NCBI GenBank assembly: GCA_944323785.1
Contig: CALUTU010000005.1
Location: 39,319-103,318, forward strand
Direction of reading: 5' to 3'
DNA from: an uncultured Bacteroidales bacterium
GTDB taxonomy: Bacteria; Bacteroidota; Bacteroidia; Bacteroidales; UBA932
Length of the DNA stretch: 64,000 nt
A model generated the notes under the pieces. That model was not told the DNA's origin. It worked only from the letters and a program-made list of their open reading frames with translations, and ran no database searches. Each line of letters starts with the position of its first letter. Position 1 is the stretch's first letter. A program made the translations under genes and the position numbers. Of this stretch, positions 37,850-46,799 are shown piece by piece.

Positions 37850-37899
37850 GGAGGAAAGAGAAGGAGCGCATTCGCCGTCTGTCCGGTCGAATGCGCTCC
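37850..37899 (-). terminator. Rho-independent terminator (end of lipoprotein operon 2)
   Basis: Perfect 12-bp stem GGAGCGCATTCG-N13-CGAATGCGCTCC. On the minus strand it is followed by TTCTCTTTCC. Lies 33 nt after the stop at 37932. Confidence 0.75.
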
Positions 37900-37931
37900 C
37901 TATCAGATTAAACTGGTACTACCCTTATGCT

Positions 37932-39227
37932 CTACTTGGTAACAGTTGACGACATGCTTGTCGGAGCCGCCTTTACCACAGTCATTACTTTACTGTCCTG
38001 CGCAGCGTAACTTGTAGAGGTCTTAGTGAACGTTAAAGTTCCGGCAGGAATATAAGTAGGGTAATCACCGTAATATACACCCACACCGTTATCAAATGAG
38101 AAAATATCTGCAGCCACAACGGTATACTGTACATTGGAACTGCTCATGAGCTCGCGAGAAATGCTCGTCTTGGTATCAGGGTCTATGAGAAATGCGTACT
38201 CAGTACCGCTAAAGATAGTGACAACATCATCTTCCTCATTCCAGCATATAGGTGCACATAGCATATCATTGCCATTTAGGTCCTGAGCTACGGCCATATC
38301 ACCGGTCACGATGCCAAGACACGGCTTTCCATCCTCGCTCTCGATTATGGTAGCCCAAAGAGAATACTCTGACAGAGGAGACAATCCGCTTATCCACACA
38401 TAGTTCTCGTTGGTGGACGGCTGTATGGTAACTGGAATTTCGTCGGCATAGCCAGTTTTGTCAAATTCGAACACTATCTGATCGTTCGAATTGTAGTCAA
38501 CGACAACCCTCGCCGTACATCCTACAGTGTAGGTTCCCAACCACGATCTGAGTTCCTCTACCGGCTCCACGACTTCGTGCTGAACAGTGAACGAGCACTC
38601 TCCAGGAAGTGATTCGCGATATTCGGCTGAGCCTTCTTCAGGCTGGGCGATTACACTCACAGTATGAGTGGTGGCAGTAAGGTCGGAAGTCTGGTATGTG
38701 ACAGACGTCTCCGTGGTAGTCTCCCATTCGCCTGAATCGAGGGAGTAAATGTAAGATGCGGCATGCTCAATGCTGGACCAGCTGACAACAACCCCTCCTT
38801 TACCGTCAGGATTAGCGGTCACTTCCGGAGTCTCCAGTCTTTGAGGCTCTACCTGAGCGGTCACTGTGAAAGTGTATGAGCCGGGTTGCGAGGCAGTGTA
38901 CTGATCAGCGGCATCCAGGGCCGGATTGGCAATGACATAGACCGTATGCTCGCCTTCAGCCAGATCAGAGGTGCTGACGGTTACCGATGTCTGGTCTGTG
39001 GTTCTCGCAGCGTTGCTGTCAATGTTCCAGCTGTAAGTCGCCGCATTGGGGATTTCTGTCCAAGATACCGTAACATTGTCTCCATTGACGGTGGCCGACA
39101 CCTCCGGAGTAGCAAGAGCCACTGCCTCGGCAGGGCCATTCTGTTCCTGGCATGAGAGCGCTACGGCAGCAGCCGCTGACACAGCAAAGAGACGCAGATA
39201 AAAATAGTTCATTTTAAAATATTGCAA
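37932..39227 (-). CDS. Surface lipoprotein with two FN3-like domains + C-terminal domain (operon 2, gene 4)
   Basis: 431-aa ORF with lipobox VALSC followed by QEQ. Two internal repeats are present (TPEVSATVNGDNVTVSWTEIPNAATYSW... and TPEVTANPDGKGGVVVSWSSIEHAASYIY...). Confidence 0.75.
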   Translation of the reverse strand: MQYFKMNYFYLRLFAVSAAAAVALSCQEQNGPAEAVALATPEVSATVNGDNVTVSWTEIPNAATYSWNIDSNAARTTDQTSVTVSTSDLAEGEHTVYVIANPALDAADQYTASQPGSYTFTVTAQVEPQRLETPEVTANPDGKGGVVVSWSSIEHAASYIYSLDSGEWETTTETSVTYQTSDLTATTHTVSVIAQPEEGSAEYRESLPGECSFTVQHEVVEPVEELRSWLGTYTVGCTARVVVDYNSNDQIVFEFDKTGYADEIPVTIQPSTNENYVWISGLSPLSEYSLWATIIESEDGKPCLGIVTGDMAVAQDLNGNDMLCAPICWNEEDDVVTIFSGTEYAFLIDPDTKTSISRELMSSSNVQYTVVAADIFSFDNGVGVYYGDYPTYIPAGTLTFTKTSTSYAAQDSKVMTVVKAAPTSMSSTVTK

Positions 39228-39252
39228 TGTAAATTCTTAAATTAAATTATAC

Positions 39253-40659
39253 TTAGTCCTCGTATGCGTAATTGACAAGGGTGTTGATCGGAATGTTGAC
39301 AGCATTGTCCACAACCGCACCGAAATCCCCGTAGAGGACATTCGCAACGCTACCGGTGTAAGTTCCATTGTAGGTTGTGTAGACTACTACGTGCAGATTG
39401 TCGGTATTCTCAACTGAAGACGGAACGCGTACTTTCAGCTGGGTCACGTAAGTGCCGTTGGCCTCCAGCGAGACATTGTCTCCCATAAGGTTGTCGGTCA
39501 TCTCTATACGAATCACGTTATTGTGGACATAATCCTCGCTGCCTCCCAGCTGGTAGTACACCAGGCCGTCCTCAAGCAGGAAGGCGTGCAGCGCATACAG
39601 ACCCGCCTCCTTCGAGGCTATGCTGATGTCCGCATAGACAGTGTCATTCTCCAATCTGGTCACTCCGCCTATAACGGTATTGGAAGGCAACTCACGGACA
39701 GCCTCCTCGGCCAATCCGCTAAACTCATCAGTCATAATGGTCGGATTGGTGTTGTTGGCTATTTCTCCGTAATAGTTGACAAATCCCCTCGGATAGCTGG
39801 CTACTCCAAACATGGCAATGAAGGCATTGCAGTTAGAGTACGCGAGGCTTGTATTCCCGTTGAGGGCGAAAGTGTGCATATTCATGGGAATGATATGATC
39901 GGCCACATTTCTCTCAGCTTCCTCAAGAGCCTGGTTCATAGTAGGACAGTTCACACACCCCGTACTTGTGAAACGGATAGCAAGGGAGCGTCTCACGAAA
40001 GTGCGGCTGTAGTCAGCGACAAGCGAGCCTATCTGCTCCACGGTAATGGTCGCGGTAGTCACGCCGTCCTCGCCCGTAAGGGTGATGTGGCCTTCTCTGA
40101 TCTCGCCGTCATTGCCCTGTATGGACAGATTGACTACGGATGTCATGTACTTGGAGTAAGTATGGTTGTCCTCCAGAAGCGTGGAGTCATACTGGATACC
40201 GGTAACCGTCAGCCAGTCCACGTCCGGTACGGCCTCGTACTTCACATTTCCCTCCACGGGGAAGGCAAAAGTCTGCTCCGTAGATGTTACGGTATAGCTG
40301 TCAGGGGATATGCTAAAGCCGGGGGTACCGTCCTGGAACACGTAGTACAGGGTCTCGGTGCCGTTGACTGTCACGGCGAAATTTCCGGCTCTTTCCTTTA
40401 GTCCGGAATTTGTTTCCAGAATGGAGATAGTCAGATTGGCCGTCCCCGCGCTGCCTCTCATCGGTGTCACTACAAACCATGACGCCCGGTTCTCCAGAGT
40501 CCAGTCGGAGTCAAACTCGAGCGAGGTCTGGACTGTTGTCACCTCGTTCGGAACTGAAATGGAATTGCCTATGATGGCATCAGGCCCGTCCTCTCCCGGT
40601 TTGCAGGAGAGGATGAAAGCCATACCAAGAACTATAAATAATATTTTTGAGAATTTCAT
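39253..40659 (-). CDS. Lipoprotein: BACON-like domains + Omp28-related thioredoxin-fold domain with CxxC (operon 2, gene 3)
   Basis: 468-aa ORF with lipobox FILSC. BACON-like segment ASWFVVTPMRGSAGTANLTISI. RFTSTGCVNCP resembles the FTxxxCxxCP motif of Omp28-related proteins, from memory. Confidence 0.7.
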   Translation of the reverse strand: MKFSKILFIVLGMAFILSCKPGEDGPDAIIGNSISVPNEVTTVQTSLEFDSDWTLENRASWFVVTPMRGSAGTANLTISILETNSGLKERAGNFAVTVNGTETLYYVFQDGTPGFSISPDSYTVTSTEQTFAFPVEGNVKYEAVPDVDWLTVTGIQYDSTLLEDNHTYSKYMTSVVNLSIQGNDGEIREGHITLTGEDGVTTATITVEQIGSLVADYSRTFVRRSLAIRFTSTGCVNCPTMNQALEEAERNVADHIIPMNMHTFALNGNTSLAYSNCNAFIAMFGVASYPRGFVNYYGEIANNTNPTIMTDEFSGLAEEAVRELPSNTVIGGVTRLENDTVYADISIASKEAGLYALHAFLLEDGLVYYQLGGSEDYVHNNVIRIEMTDNLMGDNVSLEANGTYVTQLKVRVPSSVENTDNLHVVVYTTYNGTYTGSVANVLYGDFGAVVDNAVNIPINTLVNYAYED

Positions 40660-40677
40660 ACTACAATATATGATTGA

Positions 40678-42210
40678 TTATTGCAACTGACCAGTATATG
40701 ATCCAGTAAATCTATGTCCCATATCGTCATACAATTCGAAGGAGACAGTACGGTCTCCGTTCTCCTCAGTGGAAACCGTTACTTTACCGCTCGCGGCCGG
40801 AGCATTGATATGTTCTGAACTCGAAGCACCGGGTTCCTTTATTATAAGATACGTTCCTTGTGCGTAGTCAATAAAAGTGCCAGACGCTAATTTATCACCT
40901 ACGGTATAGGTTCCGTCAGGGAGCACTCCGTTATTGTTATCAATGAAGAACGTAGCACGGAACTCATTACCTTTTTTGAAACCAGCATTATCTCCCTTTT
41001 CTGCTATGTTTATTCTCATCTCCGGATCGTTAGCCCAGGTTGAAAGCGTGAAAGTCGTCCCGAATTCAGTAGTATTGAATGCGACATCGAGGATATCTTC
41101 GGTCATGTTAGAGCCAATGGTGGAAGAAGGCACAGTGATATTTCCCGCATATGAGCCGGAGAGAGTGTAGTACTGGTTGATGACGAAGTCGAAAGAGATG
41201 TTGTCTGCGGCTATCTCCATGGAACCGCCTACCACGGCACCCAGATTGGAGTCATCAACTTTCACAAAGGTGTTATAGCCACTGCCCCCGGAAAGCTCAC
41301 CTTCTATAATGCTGAAAGCATCGGTGATGCCGGTAGACACTACGTTGTAAGTTCCTGCCTCCGGACTTCCGTCTACAACGTTGGCGTAGAATAAGACAGT
41401 CAACTCGGCTCCCTCATTGGTTGTGAAAGTTGTAACGAACCTGTTCACACCATTGTCACTCTCCGAGACGCCATCTATACTGACAGAGGTAAATGTGAGC
41501 TCGATATCCTCGTCTATCTGATACTCGAACAGCGTAGTGGGGAATTCGGACTGTACCTCGCTGTATGCCGTCCCGTTCTGGGCGGCCACGGCGAGAGTAT
41601 AAGAGGTATTGGAAGCCAGGCCTTCCACTGTCACTTCGCTCTGGCTCAGGTCAACCTGAGTTCCGGTCTGCAGTATCTCATCGGCATGAGGTATGGCCTC
41701 GCTTCTGCCGACTACCACGTAGGCGATAGCCTCAGCATCCCCCTGGGTATATGTGAAAGTGAGACCGTCTCTCTTGGGCCTTACACTTTCGATGGCTACC
41801 GTGGGGATAATCACCTCGTCACCGCCCTCTGCCAGAGTTGTGACCTCAAGCGTAGCCACGCTGCTGTAGAGGTCGCCATTGGCGGCTGCAGCAGCCAGAA
41901 CATACGATGTCTCAGGCGTGAGACCGTCAGCGGTATAGGTTGCAGACTCCGTTCCGGCCGAATGTCCGGAAGCCAGTATCTCCTCAGCTGTGGGAACTGT
42001 CTCTCCGGTCTCCACGATCTGCCATGCCACGCTCTCGGCATTGGCAGGAGTCAGAGTGAAGTCGACGGAGGTTGTCTTTGCCTCGCCGAGGGATATCGAG
42101 ACAGTGGGCTCTACCGGTGTGTCGGGAGTTTCCGGCTCCTTATCCTCGCAGGAGAACAGCGACAGGCATGCAAGACCTGCCATAATCGCTGGTATATAAT
42201 AAGTCTTCAT
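40678..42210 (-). CDS. Surface lipoprotein with two FN3-like domains + C-terminal domain (operon 2, gene 2)
   Basis: 510-aa ORF with lipobox SLFSC followed by EDKEPE. Repeats end in DGLTPETSYVLAAAAANGDLYS and EGLASNTSYTLAVAAQNGTAYS. Paralogous to the N-terminus of 21678-23615. Confidence 0.78.
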   Translation of the reverse strand: MKTYYIPAIMAGLACLSLFSCEDKEPETPDTPVEPTVSISLGEAKTTSVDFTLTPANAESVAWQIVETGETVPTAEEILASGHSAGTESATYTADGLTPETSYVLAAAAANGDLYSSVATLEVTTLAEGGDEVIIPTVAIESVRPKRDGLTFTYTQGDAEAIAYVVVGRSEAIPHADEILQTGTQVDLSQSEVTVEGLASNTSYTLAVAAQNGTAYSEVQSEFPTTLFEYQIDEDIELTFTSVSIDGVSESDNGVNRFVTTFTTNEGAELTVLFYANVVDGSPEAGTYNVVSTGITDAFSIIEGELSGGSGYNTFVKVDDSNLGAVVGGSMEIAADNISFDFVINQYYTLSGSYAGNITVPSSTIGSNMTEDILDVAFNTTEFGTTFTLSTWANDPEMRINIAEKGDNAGFKKGNEFRATFFIDNNNGVLPDGTYTVGDKLASGTFIDYAQGTYLIIKEPGASSSEHINAPAASGKVTVSTEENGDRTVSFELYDDMGHRFTGSYTGQLQ

Positions 42211-42237
42211 GTTTGAATATTCTAAGTATTAAATTGT

Positions 42238-43074
42238 TTATCCATTTATGTACATATAGTTCTCAATGCTGCCGGAGAAGAACAGTCCATAGCTCCGACC
42301 GTCCGAGCATGTCACCTCGGCTTCCAACTGTATCTCGTTGTTGCCGAGATCGGTGATGATGACAGTACCGTCAGTGATAGCATAGCGGGGATTGTAACCG
42401 TAATTCTCCGCAGCGATACCGTAGAAAGAGGTCTGGCAGAATGTACCCGGCTCCATAGTGGCCTGAGGATCGTAGGTGTAAGTACCCGCAGGCAGGGTGA
42501 CAAGTCTCCTGTAAGTGTTGCCGTTCTGCTGGAACTCCTCTGTAACAGGCTCCTCGCTTGAGTAGAAGTTGATATTGAGACCTTCGGAGCCTACCACCCA
42601 AAGTCCATTCGTGGATACCCATGTATAATAGGACTTATCGGATGTATAGTACTCGCCAGTGCAGGACTTGGCATCGATGAACACATCTGTGTTCTGGCCG
42701 TCCTGATGCACGAAGGCTGTGTCGAGCAGGAATCCGGTACTGTAGTCATATCTGATGACGACAGTATCCGTGCGTTCATGCGACGGGTTGGCCTCTATGT
42801 CGAACGACAGGGTGTTGGTGGCAATGTCATCACCAGTGAAAGTAATCCAGTCCGAAGAAGTTATAAAGAAGTCTCCGTCGTTTTCGGGGCGGTTAACGAA
42901 CTGGTAGGTCATGGAAATAGTACCACCGTCCTGAGGGACGTCGAAGTAATCGGTGTTCAGCTGGAATGCGGAGTCTCCGTTGCCATTGCCGTTGCCTCCG
43001 CCTGTCTGCTGTTCACAAGCAGCCGCCAGTATCATGACTACAGCTGCTGAAAATAGAATAAACTTGCTCTTCAT
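42238..43074 (-). CDS. Lipoprotein with BACON-like N-terminal domain (operon 2, gene 1)
   Basis: Start set at MKSKFILF (43074), downstream of the -7 box. Lipobox ILAAC followed by EQQTGGGNGNGNG. BACON-like segment reads VPQDGGTISMTYQF...DTVVIRYD. Confidence 0.72.
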   Translation of the reverse strand: MKSKFILFSAAVVMILAAACEQQTGGGNGNGNGDSAFQLNTDYFDVPQDGGTISMTYQFVNRPENDGDFFITSSDWITFTGDDIATNTLSFDIEANPSHERTDTVVIRYDYSTGFLLDTAFVHQDGQNTDVFIDAKSCTGEYYTSDKSYYTWVSTNGLWVVGSEGLNINFYSSEEPVTEEFQQNGNTYRRLVTLPAGTYTYDPQATMEPGTFCQTSFYGIAAENYGYNPRYAITDGTVIITDLGNNEIQLEAEVTCSDGRSYGLFFSGSIENYMYING

Positions 43075-43097
43075 CTTGATTGATTTAATAGTACGTT

Positions 43098-43105
43098 TAA
43101 AACGG
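43098..43105 (-). promoter_or_regulatory. -7 box TAAATTTG (lipoprotein operon 2)
   Basis: TAnnTTTG on the minus strand, 24 nt upstream of the ATG at 43074. Confidence 0.55.
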
Positions 43106-43266
43106 TGCAAATTTAATGCAAAAAAATCAGATTGTGACAAGTGTGTGACAAAAAAACGTATGGCAAAATAAACGTAGGTTTAAATTGCTGTTCCATCCAG
43201 AGATACACAGCAACTGGGTAATTGCATGACCTGCATGTAGGTAACTGCGCTGTCAGTGACTGAATG

Positions 43267-44103
43267 TCAGTCCCGGCGCATGTACAGAGACAGTCTTCTG
43301 GCCTGCATTCCGGACAGTATGCCGTTCTCGACTATGGCCTGCAATGAGAAAACGCTGTCAGGGACAGTGCGGCGGAAGCGGTCTATGCCTTTTGCGGCAT
43401 ACGGGCCTATATAAGGGTGTGACGCCATGGAGTCAACGGACATGGTGCGCAGGTCCAGTCTCCGGACGGATGCCGGCTCTATAAACACATAGTCGTAAAG
43501 ACGATTGAGACGTGCAGTGTCGAATCCGCGGATATCCAGCAGCTGACTGACGTCCGCGTAACTCCCGAGGCGCTCGCGGTAACTCAATATCTGCTTTGCG
43601 TACCACGGTCCTATTCCAGGCAGCGCATCCAGAGCCGCGCTGTCGGCGGAGTTAAGTTCCACCATATCCCATTTCCATCCGTCGTAATCGTATTCATACC
43701 GCCGGCTCTCTGTCCCAGTTGCGGACACATCTCCGACAGATGCCGCGGCTCCGGTTCCAGCAGCATCCGCAGGTCCGTCTTGCGGCACTTTGTTCTTATC
43801 CACGGAGCCTGTGCTTCCGTACTGTCCCGTAGCTGCCACTGCATTCCGGCCGCCTGGCTCAGCACCTTGCCGCTCATTAACAGACGGATAACGGACGATG
43901 CCGGCAGTGTCGGATGAAGGCGGCCTGCCCTGGGTGGAAACTGTCCCTGATGCTGTGCCTGTCTCGGCACGCCTGCTATTAATAATAAGGTGTCTGGTGA
44001 AAAATACAGCCTGGGCCGTCAGAATCAGGAACACCAGGATGATGACTCCGTTGGAGAAAAGACGCTCAGTCCTCCCTTTCCTCTTTTTCTCTTCTTCCCA
44101 CAT
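43267..44103 (-). CDS. ComEA-like helix-hairpin-helix DNA-binding membrane protein
   Basis: 278-aa ORF with an N-terminal TM helix. HhH region reads ELNSADSAALDALPGIGPWYAKQILSYRERLG, with a second HhH-like repeat. Low-complexity G/A/T-rich linker. Overlaps the rsmI 3' end by 38 nt. Confidence 0.8.
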   Translation of the reverse strand: MWEEEKKRKGRTERLFSNGVIILVFLILTAQAVFFTRHLIINSRRAETGTASGTVSTQGRPPSSDTAGIVRYPSVNERQGAEPGGRNAVAATGQYGSTGSVDKNKVPQDGPADAAGTGAAASVGDVSATGTESRRYEYDYDGWKWDMVELNSADSAALDALPGIGPWYAKQILSYRERLGSYADVSQLLDIRGFDTARLNRLYDYVFIEPASVRRLDLRTMSVDSMASHPYIGPYAAKGIDRFRRTVPDSVFSLQAIVENGILSGMQARRLSLYMRRD

Positions 44104-44776
44104 ATGCTTTCCCTTCTACTGTTAGTACTATCTCCCCTTTGGGCGGGTTGTCCGTGAACCACGAGGCCAGCTCTGAGAGCGTCCCCCTGCGGGTCTCCTC
44201 GTGGACCTTGCTGATCTCGCGGGAGACCGACGCCCTGCGCTCCGGCCCGAAATACCCGCACATCTGCGACAGGGTCCTGGCCAGCCGGTAGGGCGACTCG
44301 TAGAATATCATGGTGCGGCCTTCGGAGGCGAGCTCTGTCAGGCGGGTCTGACGGCCCTTCTTTACCGGCAGGAAACCCTCGAACGAGAACCTGTCGGCCG
44401 GTAGTCCCGAGTCTATAAGAGCCGGTACGAAGGCCGTGGCTCCGGGCAGAGTAATGACATCTATACCTTCTTCAGCGCATGCACGGGCCAGCATGAATCC
44501 AGGATCGGAAATGCCCGGGGTACCGGCGTCCGACACCAATGCTATGTCCATACCTGAGAGGAGCTTTTCGCAGACTGGGCGGACACGGGCGTGCTCGTTG
44601 AACTTGTGGTGCGCCTCCGTAGGCTTTGATATCCCGTAGTGCTTCAGAAGTACGGATGTGGTCCTGGTGTCCTCGGCCAGGATGAGGTCCACCTGTTTCA
44701 GAACCGCGATGGCTCTGAAAGTCATGTCTTCCAGATTGCCCACAGGAGTGGGTACGATATAAAGCTTGCCGGCCAT
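44066..44776 (-). CDS. rsmI: 16S rRNA (cytidine1402-2'-O)-methyltransferase
   Basis: Start set at MAGKLYIVPTPVGNLEDMTFRA, the typical RsmI N-terminus. Tetrapyrrole-methylase fold. Confidence 0.9.
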   Translation of the reverse strand: MAGKLYIVPTPVGNLEDMTFRAIAVLKQVDLILAEDTRTTSVLLKHYGISKPTEAHHKFNEHARVRPVCEKLLSGMDIALVSDAGTPGISDPGFMLARACAEEGIDVITLPGATAFVPALIDSGLPADRFSFEGFLPVKKGRQTRLTELASEGRTMIFYESPYRLARTLSQMCGYFGPERRASVSREISKVHEETRRGTLSELASWFTDNPPKGEIVLTVEGKAYVGRREKEERED

Positions 44777-44799
44777 GACGGTAAAATGGTATAAAATGT

Positions 44800-44807
44800 T
44801 AATTTTG
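44800..44807 (+). promoter_or_regulatory. -7 box TAATTTTG (tdk)
   Basis: TAnnTTTG 50 nt upstream of the ATG at 44857. Confidence 0.45.
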
Positions 44808-44843
44808 CACTCCGGATGCCGGGACGACTGCATCCGCAAAGAA

Positions 44844-44851
44844 CAAAAGTA
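44844..44851 (-). promoter_or_regulatory. -7 box TACTTTTG (rsmI)
   Basis: TAnnTTTG on the minus strand, 68 nt upstream of the ATG at 44776. Face-to-face with the tdk promoter. Confidence 0.4.
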
Positions 44852-44856
44852 AGAAA

Positions 44857-45429
44857 ATGTTTTCAGAATACGCAAAAAAACCGGGATGGATAGAAGTAAT
44901 CTGCGGCTCGATGTTCTCGGGCAAGACCGAGGAGCTTATACGCCGTCTGAAGCGGGCCAAGTTCGCCAATCAGCGGGTAGAGATATTCAAGCCCGGCATA
45001 GATACCAGATACTCAGTGCAGGAAGTAGTCTCACACGATGCCACTGCCATACTTTCCACACCGGTGGAGTCTTCGGCCAGTATCCTGCTGCTCTCCGGAG
45101 ACGTGGACGTGGTGGGCATAGATGAGGCCCAGTTCTTCGACGACGGCATAGTGGACGTGTGCCGCCAGCTTGCATCCTCGGGCATAAGAGTCATAGCCGC
45201 CGGCCTGGACATGGACTACCAGGGAAAACCGTTCGGCCCCATGCCGGCTCTTATGGCCGTGGCCGAATACGTGGACAAGGTACATGCCATCTGTGTCAGA
45301 TGCGGTGATCCCGCACTGCATTCCCACCGGCTGAGCACAAGCGACCGCCTGGTGGAACTCGGGGAGAAGGATATCTACGAGCCTCTCTGCCGCCATTGCT
45401 TCAATAAATGCATGGAGAATTCTGATTAA
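44857..45429 (+). CDS. tdk: Thymidine kinase
   Basis: 190-aa ORF with the P-loop [12 protein letters not shown] and a C-terminal Zn ribbon (CVRCG...CRHC). Confidence 0.93.
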   Translation: MFSEYAKKPGWIEVICGSMFSGKTEELIRRLKRAKFANQRVEIFKPGIDTRYSVQEVVSHDATAILSTPVESSASILLLSGDVDVVGIDEAQFFDDGIVDVCRQLASSGIRVIAAGLDMDYQGKPFGPMPALMAVAEYVDKVHAICVRCGDPALHSHRLSTSDRLVELGEKDIYEPLCRHCFNKCMENSD

Positions 45430-45454
45430 CCCTATGCTAATTCCGAATTTTCAT

Positions 45455-45462
45455 TATTTTTG
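45455..45462 (+). promoter_or_regulatory. -7 box TATTTTTG (CNNM-family gene)
   Basis: TAnnTTTG 26 nt upstream of the ATG at 45488. A second match, TACATTTG at 45479-45486, is too close to the ATG. Confidence 0.45.
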
Positions 45463-45487
45463 CATTCGTGACTATTCTTACATTTGA

Positions 45488-46792
45488 ATGGAAATTTTTA
45501 TAATTCTACTTCTTATTCTACTCAACGGCCTCTTCTCCATGAGTGAGGTTGCTCTGATAAGCGCAAGAAAATCAAGTCTTACAGCCGATGCCAAAAGGGG
45601 CAGCCGCTCCGCCAAAAATGTTCTCAATCTTACTGAAAGACCCAATAAGTTCCTGTCTACAGTGCAGATAGGGATAACTCTCATCGGTATTCTCACCGGT
45701 ATCTATTCGGGAGCTTCGATAGCGGACAAGTTCTCCGACATACTCGAGGGCTGGGGGCTGGCGGAAAGTGTGGCCCAGCCTCTTGCGCAGGTATCCATAG
45801 TTATCATCGTGACATATCTGACCATTGTTCTCGGCGAGCTGGTTCCCAAACGTCTGGGTATGGGCTCTCCGGAGAGTATCGCCAAGGTAATGTCCGGCCC
45901 CATGCTGGTACTCTCGTGGATAGCCACCCCTTTCGTGTGGATACTGGACAAGAGCACATCCCTGTTTGTCAAGGCTTTCCATGTAGAGGAGAAAGAAGCC
46001 AAGGTGACTGAGGAGGAGATCAAGTCGATGGTGGCCGAGGGCAAGGAGGACGGAGAGGTACAGGATGTGGAGCAGGATATCGTAGAAAGAGTATTCTCTT
46101 TAGGCGACAGAAAAATAGAGTCCATCATGACCAGCCGCAACGAGATAGTGTGGATAGACAAGGAGATGACACGGGAGGAAATCAATACTACTGTGCAGGA
46201 GAATCTCTTTGAGGTATATCCCGTGGGCGACGGCAGTCTTGATGAGATAGTCGGGGTTGTCTACCTGAAGGATCTCTTCGGCAAGCTGGACAACGAGAAA
46301 TTCTCTATAGATGACATCATACGCCCCGTGCAGTATTTCCACGAGTATACGGACGTATATAAGGTGCTGGAGCAGATGAAGAAGGCTCACGTGACCTACG
46401 GTCTGGTCTGCGACGAGTTCGGAGTATGCCAGGGTATCGTGACATACAAGGACATACTGGAAGGTCTGGTCGGCTCCATAGATGACGAGGAGGACGAGCC
46501 GGATATCATCGAGCGCCAGAACGGAGGCGGCTGGCTGGTGGACGGTCAGTGCCCTTTCTACGACTTCCTGGCCCATTTTGACATGGAGGAACTGGCATCG
46601 GAAAACGATTACAATACGGTCGGTGGCCTGATTCTTGAATTACTTGAGCACATACCCAAGTCCGGGGAGTATGTGGAGTGGAACGGCTTCCGCCTTGAGG
46701 TTGTGGACATGGACGGAGCGAGAATAGACAAAGTGCTTGTCAACAGAACGGTCTCTGAGCCCGAAGATGTTAAGGACGATAAAGAAAAATAG
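45488..46792 (+). CDS. CNNM/TlyC-family membrane protein (DUF21 + CBS pair + CorC_HlyC)
   Basis: 434-aa ORF with N-terminal TM helices. Has the CBS pair region and C-terminal transporter-associated domain typical of 'hemolysin family protein'. Confidence 0.85.
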   Translation: MEIFIILLLILLNGLFSMSEVALISARKSSLTADAKRGSRSAKNVLNLTERPNKFLSTVQIGITLIGILTGIYSGASIADKFSDILEGWGLAESVAQPLAQVSIVIIVTYLTIVLGELVPKRLGMGSPESIAKVMSGPMLVLSWIATPFVWILDKSTSLFVKAFHVEEKEAKVTEEEIKSMVAEGKEDGEVQDVEQDIVERVFSLGDRKIESIMTSRNEIVWIDKEMTREEINTTVQENLFEVYPVGDGSLDEIVGVVYLKDLFGKLDNEKFSIDDIIRPVQYFHEYTDVYKVLEQMKKAHVTYGLVCDEFGVCQGIVTYKDILEGLVGSIDDEEDEPDIIERQNGGGWLVDGQCPFYDFLAHFDMEELASENDYNTVGGLILELLEHIPKSGEYVEWNGFRLEVVDMDGARIDKVLVNRTVSEPEDVKDDKEK

Positions 46793-46799
46793 AACAAGT

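Noticed and set aside
37017-37871. Long minus-strand ORFs across the repeat arrays: 284 aa at 37017-37871, 252 aa at 37045-37803, 116 aa at 37484-37834 and 108 aa at 37106-37432.
   Set aside because: All three minus-strand frames are open over the same DNA. The products are P/S/H-rich echoes of the repeat units. The longest ORF starts inside the terminator hairpin of the upstream operon, and there is no promoter box. These are typical artefacts of GC-rich, stop-poor repeats.
43185-43213. Weak hairpin TTGCTGT-N15-ACAGCAA as a terminator of the ComEA-like gene.
   Set aside because: The stem is only 7 bp, the loop is long, and the T-tract on the minus strand is poor (TTTAAACC). This is not strong enough to list as a feature.
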